Shown: positions 22,978 through 31,101 of the stretch, piece after piece
Position numbering within the stretch: position 1 is the stretch's first letter
Layout: each line of letters begins with the position of its first letter
Assembly: GCA_000004985.1 (NCBI GenBank)
Contig: GG738884.1
Length of the DNA: 64,000 bases
Source: Naegleria gruberi
Taxonomy: Eukaryota
Direction: 5' to 3' (one strand)
Notes under the pieces: generated by a model
Seen by the model: only the letters and a program-made list of their open reading frames with translations
The model's database searches: none
What the model was told of the DNA's origin: nothing
Translations under genes and position numbers: made by a program

Positions 22978-23050
22978 CGCCCACCGTGGGGGTCGAACCC
23001 ACGACCACAAGGTTAAGAGCCTTGCGCTCTACCGACTGAGCTAGACGGGC
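22978..23050 (-). tRNA. tRNA-Lys (anticodon CUU), copy A
   Basis: 73-nt cloverleaf. Acceptor GCCCGTC/GGTGGGC (two G-U pairs), D arm GCTC-AGTCGGTA-GAGC, anticodon arm CAAGG-CTCTTAA-CCTTG, T arm GTGGG-TTCGACC-CCCAC, discriminator G. Identical in sequence to copy B. Confidence 0.9.
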
Positions 23051-23452
23051 TACATTAACTACATCTATACTATTAATTAACAAGCCTTAGTGTGGCCTTA
23101 CAATAAGTAAGACATAGGTTGAAATTATGGTATGATTATGGTTACAATATATATTTGAAATTATTAAAGAACCTACAATTGCTTTTAACTTTACAATCTT
23201 GGTATTGCCTATTTGATTTGATGCTTTCTTCAACACCTCCACTTTTCAGGAAGAAAGTAGTAATATGGTGCAACAAGATGAAGTCTGATTCAGTATCACT
23301 TTGTACAAACGTAACAATCCAGCATTAAATTCATCTCTGGAAGAGAATGAAGTTTATCATTATCAAGCACCTCAAGCACAAGATTATATTTCATAGAAGA
23401 ATGTGATACTCTTTTTTTTATTATTGAATTTAGAAACCAAACAAATAATAGC

Positions 23453-25336
23453 TTGTTGCCTGTTCTTTCAAAAACTAGTAGTTGTGGAAAAAATGGACAG
23501 ACCAAAAAAATGGCTCAACACCTTCCTCATGACATTCTTCATCACATTTTTACGAGCTATGCATCACTTGATCAATATTTAAATGGTCTCATGCTTGTTT
23601 GTAGCCATTGGTATGAAACAACAAAATACGAAAGGTTTTGGTTAGTAACTTTGGACAAACTTCTCTGCACTGAAATTCAAGCTATAAAAGATCCTCGACA
23701 ATTCGGAGGAGAACAAGTGCAACATTTCCCATTCAATGAACATGTTGAGAGGGTGTTGGCCATAACTTTCGAGGCCATCGGTAGAGAAAGAGAAAGATAT
23801 CTCAAGAAATTGCTGAATAGAAGGCAACATTTAATTATCGACATGAAACCATTCAAAAAGAGGAAAGAGCAAAATAGAGATATTTATGGAGAAACATTCA
23901 AGTGGAGAACTGTTCAGTTCATCAGAGAAAAAAGAAGGAGAATTATGGCTTTGGAAATGGTGATAATGGCAATGGAATTTGAGAGTGATGTTTTGAATGA
24001 GCAATTATTCGAAGCAAAGTGGAATGAAATTATTGAATTTATTCGTGAAAATGGAATTTATGATTTGAAAACTGTCTCAAATTTGAGAATTTTACAATCA
24101 TCTACAACTATTTTTCATATTCTACTGAAACAATGGAAGATACATTTTAAAAATCAATTTGTAGATTCTAAATGTCTTGAGAAATTTATTCATTTCTTCC
24201 TTTGTGAATGTAATTTAAATATTTCTCCCTATGTAGATCTATTGGTTAGTATGGAAATGAATATTCAACGATTAAACAATAAGGTATTCATCAAAAAGCT
24301 AACTAATGAGGTGAAATCTAGTAGAAAAACAGGAGTACCACCAAAGACATTATTGTTATTGATTCAAAATTGTAACATGTACCGACAAGATGAAGCGCAA
24401 TTTATAAGAATATTTATTGAAATGTTGAAAAACAAAAAACATTTTCATGATCAAATGGTTAATCCATATCTTAATCAGTATTTAGGATCGGTTGTCCCTA
24501 GTATTTTCTGCATAGAACTATATTTAAAGGATTTGAATATCACTCAGTGCAAAGATTATAAGCATTACAATATGGTAAATTCTATCTGTAGAGACATAGA
24601 GTATGTATATAGTGAGGAAGTTGTGAAAATTATACAGAGAGCTCATTCTGAGTTTGGACTAGGTCTAAATATTCCACTTCCTGAAAGCTTAGTTCATGAA
24701 AAAAACAAATTGCCACTTCTTAAATTCCTGATTGAAAATGGTTCAGATGTAAATTCACCTCCTCCAGGAACACTTTATTGCTATGGATATACTTTGATTC
24801 AATATATTCGACAATGTAGATCAGGTAGTTCAACAAGTGATGAAATAATTTATCTAGTCGAACACGGTGCTGTTCTCCCAGAGGATTCTAATAGTTACGG
24901 CATAAGAGTAGATAATGTATTTGATGCATATTTTGATAGAGAAGAAAAGTATTTACCAACCTTAAAGTTTCTTGTTGAAAAATTTGGAAAGAGATTAACA
25001 AGTGGAACTGAGTGGTTGATGAATATTCACAGAACGCGGAGTAATGGCTCAACAATTGAAGGATTTTGTCAAGTTTTAATGTATTATGAGAGTTTGGATG
25101 TTTTACGTGATTTACTTAATAAGGGAGGTTTTCTTCTACTTGTGAAAATCTACTGTTTTTGGGATGAATATTATGCAAGGGAATCAGATGTTGGGAAAAA
25201 GAAAGAGTTAAGGGAATTCCTTAAAAGTAAGCTTGACATTGTAATTGATGATACTCTTATAGAAGTTTGTATTGAGGATTCCAAAGAAATCAATGAAGAA
25301 AATGGTTTCTATTTTCCAAACGATGACGAATTTTAA
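23453..25336 (+). CDS. F-box domain protein (627 aa)
   Basis: N-terminus LPHDILHHIFTSYASLDQYLNGLMLVCSHWYETT fits the F-box pattern (LP.[ED]I...I...L....L.....VCK.W). The rest has no clear domain. Confidence 0.5.
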   Translation: MLPVLSKTSSCGKNGQTKKMAQHLPHDILHHIFTSYASLDQYLNGLMLVCSHWYETTKYERFWLVTLDKLLCTEIQAIKDPRQFGGEQVQHFPFNEHVERVLAITFEAIGRERERYLKKLLNRRQHLIIDMKPFKKRKEQNRDIYGETFKWRTVQFIREKRRRIMALEMVIMAMEFESDVLNEQLFEAKWNEIIEFIRENGIYDLKTVSNLRILQSSTTIFHILLKQWKIHFKNQFVDSKCLEKFIHFFLCECNLNISPYVDLLVSMEMNIQRLNNKVFIKKLTNEVKSSRKTGVPPKTLLLLIQNCNMYRQDEAQFIRIFIEMLKNKKHFHDQMVNPYLNQYLGSVVPSIFCIELYLKDLNITQCKDYKHYNMVNSICRDIEYVYSEEVVKIIQRAHSEFGLGLNIPLPESLVHEKNKLPLLKFLIENGSDVNSPPPGTLYCYGYTLIQYIRQCRSGSSTSDEIIYLVEHGAVLPEDSNSYGIRVDNVFDAYFDREEKYLPTLKFLVEKFGKRLTSGTEWLMNIHRTRSNGSTIEGFCQVLMYYESLDVLRDLLNKGGFLLLVKIYCFWDEYYARESDVGKKKELREFLKSKLDIVIDDTLIEVCIEDSKEINEENGFYFPNDDEF

Positions 25337-25437
25337 TAATATTTTCAAATAGCATTCATTACAATGAAACTCTAATCGAACAAAAACATAGATGAGCACG
25401 TACAAATTCAATTTTCTCCTCAAAAGAATCAAAAAAA

Positions 25438-26577
25438 ATGCAAACACACCAATTCACCACCGTTTTGACCCGATCACAAGTGCAACAATGTCTAACCTAT
25501 GAAGATGCCATGCTTGCTAATAAGAATTTATTCATTTCCGATCTGAATAAACATTTAATTCCAATGCGAACTGTCATGGAAATTTCAAATCATGGACCAA
25601 CTTTGTTCATGCCATGTTATTTGAAAATGTCAAGCCATGATGACGATCAGCACCATTTGGGATTAAAAATTGTATCAGTGAGAAGTAATAATCCTGTTAA
25701 ATATTCATTAGATTCTGTGAATGGAACAATTTCCTTGTTGAATCATGAAAATGGGTCTCTAATTTGTTTGATGCATGCCAATGATATTACTGGAGTGAGA
25801 ACTGCTTGTGGAAGTGCTCTTGCAGTTGAAAAATTATTAAACTCATATTCTGGATTCAGTTCAACAGTTGAAAGAATCTATGAAAATTTAGGAATTATGG
25901 GATGTGGAACTCAGGGGAAATGTCACATGTTTGCCATGCTCAGAATTGCAAAGAATGTTAAAAGAGTAATCTTGTGGAACCAGACAGAAGAAAGAGGAAG
26001 AAATTTAGTTAGAGAACTAGTGGAGAATTTCAAAGCTTCAGAAGATTTACCTTTCAAATTTGTGGCAAGTGAAAGTTCTCAACCTTTGGAAGATTCACAT
26101 TCGACAAGAATTATTGAAATATCTTTCAATTCAAATGCCAACCAAGTTTCTAACCAATCAGATATTATCTGTTGTTGTACCAATTCTTCAAAGCCATTCT
26201 TTGAAACAAATCAAGTAAGAGATGGTACAATTATTACATGTATCGGATCTTATAAGCCATTCATGCAAGAAGTTGAAAGCCAACTGGTTACCAAAAGCAA
26301 GGTAATTGCTGATTTGAAAGAGGCAGTATTGGAAGAATCAGGTGATTTGATAATTCCACTGCAAGAAAACTTAATTTCACACGATCATATTCAATGTGAA
26401 TTGAGTCAACTGATACAATTCACCTCAGAACAAGTGAATGAAAAATTCCAAATTGGAAAGGATATTATAATTTATAAGAGTGTAGGATTTGCTGCTCAAG
26501 ATTTAGCAGTAGCTCACCAAATTTATCAACGAGCACTCTCTCTCAAAGTTGGTCTTTCCATTAATCTAAACGAATAA
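25438..26577 (+). CDS. Ornithine cyclodeaminase / mu-crystallin family protein (ketimine reductase-like)
   Basis: 379 aa. Family-typical TGVRTACGSALAVEKLL followed by the Rossmann motif LGIMGCGTQGKCHMFAML. Fold length is consistent with OCD/CRYM. Confidence 0.7.
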   Translation: MQTHQFTTVLTRSQVQQCLTYEDAMLANKNLFISDLNKHLIPMRTVMEISNHGPTLFMPCYLKMSSHDDDQHHLGLKIVSVRSNNPVKYSLDSVNGTISLLNHENGSLICLMHANDITGVRTACGSALAVEKLLNSYSGFSSTVERIYENLGIMGCGTQGKCHMFAMLRIAKNVKRVILWNQTEERGRNLVRELVENFKASEDLPFKFVASESSQPLEDSHSTRIIEISFNSNANQVSNQSDIICCCTNSSKPFFETNQVRDGTIITCIGSYKPFMQEVESQLVTKSKVIADLKEAVLEESGDLIIPLQENLISHDHIQCELSQLIQFTSEQVNEKFQIGKDIIIYKSVGFAAQDLAVAHQIYQRALSLKVGLSINLNE

Positions 26578-26878
26578 AACTCCAGTAAATTTACACGTGT
26601 AGTAAACCTTTTGATGCAACCTTGTTTATCAAATGTAGTGTGTTTAAAGCTATCATTTAAAGCTAACTCATTCCTCTAGAAATCACGCGTGATTTCTGGG
26701 AATTGAACACACGCATGGTGGTAAGACTGTGCTATGGCACCCTTATCAAAATAACAAAATCTATTTTCATGCAACACTTGTTGGGTGCAGGAAAGGAGTC
26801 GAGAGAAGGATGCAGTGTTGCACTCTAAAAAATCAATAAAGAAGTGTCAATTCTATTAGAAAACGAAAATAAAACAAA

Positions 26879-27817
26879 ATGAAAAAAACAACCACTTTCA
26901 ATTACAGCTCTTCACAAACAAGCACCTCTTCCGGTGTTGGAGTTAACATGAATTTATCAGAATTTGGTAAATTATTAGGTGGCCAACAACCAACCCAACC
27001 AAATTATCAGCAACCACAACCAGTTCAACCAATTTATCAACAACCAAATTACCAACAACCACCACAATCGTATCAATACCCACCACAACAATATCAACAA
27101 CCAAATTATCAGCAACCACAACCATATCAACCAGTTCAGCAACCAAATTATCAACAACCAGGATATCAATATCCACCACAACAATATCAGCAACCAAATT
27201 ATCAGCAACCACAACCATATCAACCAGTTCAGCCATATCAGCAACCAATTTATCAACCAACTTATCAGCAACCACCAGTTCAGCCAACTCAACCAAAAAA
27301 GCCAACTAAAGCTCCAACTCAACAACCAAAAACGTCAACTCAACCAAATTATCAGCAACCACCAGTTCAACCATATCAACAACCAATTTATCAACAGCCA
27401 ACTGCATTTACACCACAAGTCAGTAGTACCAGTGTTTTAGGTAAGCAAATGATTGATGCATGTAAGAAGAATGCATACACCAGTGACAAATTAAAGACAA
27501 TTACCACTTATGCTTCATCACAATGTTGTCCAATCAGCGTTTCTGAGCTCAACACCATTTTGAAAATGTTCTCATATGTTTCTGACAAGTTGCAAGCATT
27601 GTCAATTTTGAGTAGCTCAAATAATATTGGACCAATGACCACTGCTCAAGCAGCTGAAATAATGAAATCTGTTTCCTATGTCAGTGATAGAATGAAAATA
27701 TTGGAATATATTGTGACCAGTATTTATGACAGAAAGCAATCAACTGAAACAATTACCAAAATGTTTTCCTATTCATCAGATCAACAAAAAGCCAGAGAGT
27801 TATTGTTAAGTAAATAA
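26879..27817 (+). CDS. Q/N/P/Y-rich low-complexity (prion-like) protein with a structured C-terminal triple repeat
   Basis: 312 aa. Residues about 40-180 are degenerate tandem repeats of QQPNYQQPQPYQPVQ. The C-terminal approximately 120 aa hold three copies of a roughly 30-aa motif (MFSYVSDKLQALSILSS / SVSYVSDRMKILEYIVTS / KMFSYSSDQQKARELLLS). Antisense ORFs 26943..27305 and 26975..27325 are repeat artefacts. Confidence 0.6.
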   Translation: MKKTTTFNYSSSQTSTSSGVGVNMNLSEFGKLLGGQQPTQPNYQQPQPVQPIYQQPNYQQPPQSYQYPPQQYQQPNYQQPQPYQPVQQPNYQQPGYQYPPQQYQQPNYQQPQPYQPVQPYQQPIYQPTYQQPPVQPTQPKKPTKAPTQQPKTSTQPNYQQPPVQPYQQPIYQQPTAFTPQVSSTSVLGKQMIDACKKNAYTSDKLKTITTYASSQCCPISVSELNTILKMFSYVSDKLQALSILSSSNNIGPMTTAQAAEIMKSVSYVSDRMKILEYIVTSIYDRKQSTETITKMFSYSSDQQKARELLLSK

Positions 27818-27881
27818 ATTGTTAAAAGTTACTCGCAATCCCCTTAATGATTATTAAGGTAGTATTTTTACAAGTAATGTA

Positions 27882-27954
27882 GCCCGTCTAGCTCAGTCGG
27901 TAGAGCGCAAGGCTCTTAACCTTGTGGTCGTGGGTTCGACCCCCACGGTGGGCG
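27882..27954 (+). tRNA. tRNA-Lys (anticodon CUU), copy B
   Basis: Same 73-nt sequence as copy A, in inverted orientation 4.8 kb away. Confidence 0.9.
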
Positions 27955-28083
27955 ATTTCATATTTTAGTTTCGCTTTTTGTTCTCTTTTATTTATTTTTG
28001 TTCTGATATGAAGAAGTATCTACAAATAACTCATTTCTTTTTATTATTTCAAAAACTATTTAATTAAAAAATATTTGAAATTA

Positions 28084-28089
28084 AAAAAC
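28084..28089 (-). terminator. Pol III terminator T-run of the SRP RNA gene
   Basis: TTTTTT on the minus strand directly after the last conserved 7SL helix. Confidence 0.6.
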
Positions 28090-28408
28090 ATTAGTCTGAC
28101 TCCCAGATTTCACTCTCTGATAGCTCATGCTCAGTTCTGCAATCTGACCATCCTACAGTGTGAAGGCTATGATTTGCTCAGTTATCCTGCCTCAACCGGT
28201 TCACCTTTCATTAGGACCCTAGTTTCTCCTTATTCATGGGGAGATACTATGGTCACACCGCTATTGGTCAGACAGAACATCGTCACCATATTGCTAACAA
28301 AGGAATGAGTCTGAAGAACCATCCCTTTGCCTGACGCTGTGGCAGAGAACCATAACAGCTACCTCCCTACAGTAGCCCAGCTTATCTATTGGGAACGATC
28401 AGTCGTTA
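28090..28408 (-). ncRNA. Signal recognition particle RNA (7SL/SRP RNA)
   Basis: The minus-strand read contains, in the same order as human 7SL: CTGGGCTACTGTAGGGAGGTAGCTG (Alu-domain CCCAGCUACUCGGGAGGCUG), AATATGGTGAC (AAUAUGGUGACC), and the S-domain helix-8 block GGTGAACCGGTTGAGGCAGGATAACTGAGCAAATCA (human GGUGAACCGGCCCAGGUCGGAAACGGAGCAGGUCAAAAC, with a GNRA loop GATA and an AGCA motif). Local GC is about 48%, against AT-rich flanks. It ends at a T6 run (pol III terminator). The 5' end is placed to within about 15 nt by spacing from the Alu-domain motif. ORF-track ORF 28075..28308 overlaps it and is spurious. Confidence 0.78.
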
Positions 28409-28550
28409 GTTGAATGGATGGATTAAAAAATAATTACAAGCATTTGGTTTTTAAAAATAAACAATATTAATTTGAACAATCACACAGATTGAGTTTGAGG
28501 AATATTGCAAGTAACAGTGAATACTAATATTAAGAAATAAAATAAGTTTA

Positions 28551-30130
28551 CTATTTTTGATCTAACAATGATTGTATGGTTTGTCTCCTCTTAGAAAACA
28601 TTTCCTTAATCTCTTGTATTTGCTTTTGTTCTTCTTCATCCATATTATTCAATTGTCTCTTCAATTCATCTACATTGAGGGCAGAATACAACTTTTTAAG
28701 TTGTTCCATTTCCTCATTATTTACTACTTTTGGTGTGTTATTTTCAACTTTTTTAGGTTGATGTTTCACCATAGTTCCACAATCATCATCATCATCACTG
28801 TCATCACTGTCAGTGCCACTATCAGATGAAGAATCATCCTTCTTCACTGGTTTCTTTGTTATTTTTGTTGTTCCTGTTTGATTATTTGTAGGCTTGTGTT
28901 GGACTAATGTGTCATATCCTTCATCAGAGTCAGAATCACTGTCACCAGAACTATCCGTATCAGTTTCTTCAGTATCACTTCCATTGTTATCATCATTATC
29001 TTCGGCCTTTTTCTTGAAATAATTAAATCTTCCTCCTGCTTCAGCAAATATTTGATTCATCTTTTCAATTAATTCTTGTAAAATTTTAGTTGATTTGGCT
29101 CGTTGAATAAATTTGTGTTTAAGAAGATTTTTAGATGATGGTCTTTCAGCTGGATCTCTTACTAAACAATAAGCAACAAAATCTCTAAATTCTTCAGACC
29201 ATTTTTCAGGGTTTGAAAGTGTTGGTGGAGGTCTGTTTGGAATCATGAAAATTGCACGCATTGGATGAATTCCATGAAGAGGTGGCTTTCCTTCAGCCAT
29301 TTCAATGGCAGTAATACCCAGTGACCAAACATCAGCAGTTCCGTCATATTCAGTTTCTTGAATTACTTCAGGTGCCATCCACTGTTATAATAATAATAAT
29401 AACAACACGTTAATATTATTTAATGAAGGTAATAATGTTAAATATAAAACAGTTAAAATCATTAAAATACTTACATAAGGAGTACCTATCACTGTTCTTC
29501 TCTTGGAAATTGTATTATTTAATTGTGCACTAACACCCTAAAGAAGAAAATCGGATCAAGTTGTAAATACAATGTATACTTACGAAATCAGCTAGTTTTA
29601 CATCTCCTTCATCAGTGAGAAGAATGTTTCCTGCCTTTATATCACGGTGAATCTTCTTTTGAGAGTGTAAATAAACAAGACCTTTCAATGCTGATGAACA
29701 AATAGCAGCAATTTGTGGTTCAGTCAACATTGGTCCAAGAACTGTAAGTAAATCCTGCACGGAACCTCCTCCACAATATTCAATAGCAATTTGGAGTTCT
29801 TGATCTTGTTTGTATGCTCCATAATAATTTACAATATATGGTGATTCACAAGCCTTTAAAATGTTAATTTCCTTCTCAACTTCGGCAATATCATTTTCAA
29901 CTGGTACACATTTCAATGCATAAATATGACCATCGTTTTTATTCATCACTTTCCAAACAACACCATATGAACTAAGTATCATCATAGTAAAAAAATATTA
30001 ATTTATAATAATACAACATTGTTTATATTATTAATAATCTAATGAAAGAGATCTCTTACCCTTCTCCCAACAACTCTAATCTTTGATACACAGTGTTGGT
30101 ATCAACTCCCGTTACATATAATGAAGACAT
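28551..30130 (-). CDS. STE20-family (MST/Hippo-like) Ser/Thr kinase with a C-terminal SARAH-like coiled coil. Four exons: join(28551..29381,29475..29537,29584..29971,30060..30130).
   Basis: Exon 1 (MSSLYVTGVDTNTVYQRLELLGEG) ends GG|GTAAGA. Across an 88-nt intron this reconstitutes the Gly loop GEGSYGVVWKV. Exon 2 holds VAIK-like ALKCV, HRDIKAGNILL and ends at ...KLADF|GTAAGT. A 46-nt intron leads to exon 3 (GVSAQLNNTISKRRTVIGTPY). A 93-nt intron leads to exon 4 (WMAPEVIQETEYDGTADVWSLGITAIEMAEGKPP...). The C-terminus ELKRQLNNMDEEEQKQIQEIKEMFSKRRQTIQSLLDQK resembles the MST1/2 SARAH helix. The acidic S/D-rich linker is typical. Total 450 aa. Confidence 0.85.
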
Positions 30131-30552
30131 TTTTTCTATTATTGTTCTCTCTTTTCATTTTATCTAAAGGATAAGAAGACAAATGATGATGAGCCAATCA
30201 GAAGTTTTCTCGCAGGAGAGCATCACCCACTCTGTTTATTAAATAGATTAACCACTGTCCGTAAAGGGTGATGTTGTGATTGAGGGATTATCAAACGGAT
30301 ACTTTGCAATGTGATAAATAGGCATTCGAATGACTTTTTTGCTGTGATGTTTTGTAGCATCCCAAAATAATATCAGGAAGTTGAATAAATATTTAATAGT
30401 GAACTGATTAGCAAGCAATTTTTAATTCTAACATGATGTGCTAAGAGAAGTGCATTGAAACTCATAAAAAGATCAAATCATCTTATAAATTTCTTCTTTG
30501 AAGGTGGATTGTTTTAATAATAAAATAACGCAATTAATATTAATAAATAAAA

Positions 30553-30957
30553 ATGAGCAGCAACATTGGAATACCTATCAAGCTTTTACATGAAGCCGAA
30601 TCACATATAATATCACTGGAAACAAAATCGGGTGAACTCTACAGAGGAAAACTTATTGAAGCCGAAGATAGTATGAATGTACAACTTGTGGATGTTACTG
30701 TAACACATAGAAATGGCCAACAATCTGCCATGAATACTGTATATATTAGAGGAAGTAAAATTAGATACTTTGTTTTGCCGGATATTCTTCAAAAAGCACC
30801 AATGTTTAAAGTTGTTGATTCAACTGTAAAAGGTCAAGGAAGAGGATATGGTTCTCAAACTAAAGTACATAGAGGTTCAGGACTTGGACTCGGATATGGT
30901 GTCGGTAGAGGAAGAGTTACAGCTCGAGGAGGTGGACGAGGTGGATCATCTAAATAA
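30553..30957 (+). CDS. SNRPD3: Small nuclear ribonucleoprotein SmD3
   Basis: 134 aa. [50 protein letters not shown]...[24 protein letters not shown] is near-identical in pattern to human SmD3 ([40 protein letters not shown]...[22 protein letters not shown]). It ends in an RG/GRG-rich tail. Confidence 0.85.
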   Translation: MSSNIGIPIKLLHEAESHIISLETKSGELYRGKLIEAEDSMNVQLVDVTVTHRNGQQSAMNTVYIRGSKIRYFVLPDILQKAPMFKVVDSTVKGQGRGYGSQTKVHRGSGLGLGYGVGRGRVTARGGGRGGSSK

Positions 30958-31101
30958 TTTCATCATTATATTTTACAATCATCATTATCATCAATTTATT
31001 TATTCTTCAATGTCTGCTCTCTAGATCAATGTGTATTAATAATAAATCATCACATCAACAACTAGTTCTCAAATAATGGATGAATAGTAATAATTTATTG
31101 A

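Noticed and set aside
26943-27325. Two long antisense ORFs (120 and 116 aa) rich in L/W/V/D
   Set aside because: They are artefacts of the highly regular CAA/CCA repeat DNA encoding the Q/N/P-rich protein on the plus strand.
28075-28308. 77-aa plus-strand ORF MKLKNISLTPRFHSLIAHAQF...
   Set aside because: It lies entirely within the 7SL RNA gene on the opposite strand. The GC-rich structured RNA explains the open frame, so there is no reason to call a CDS.
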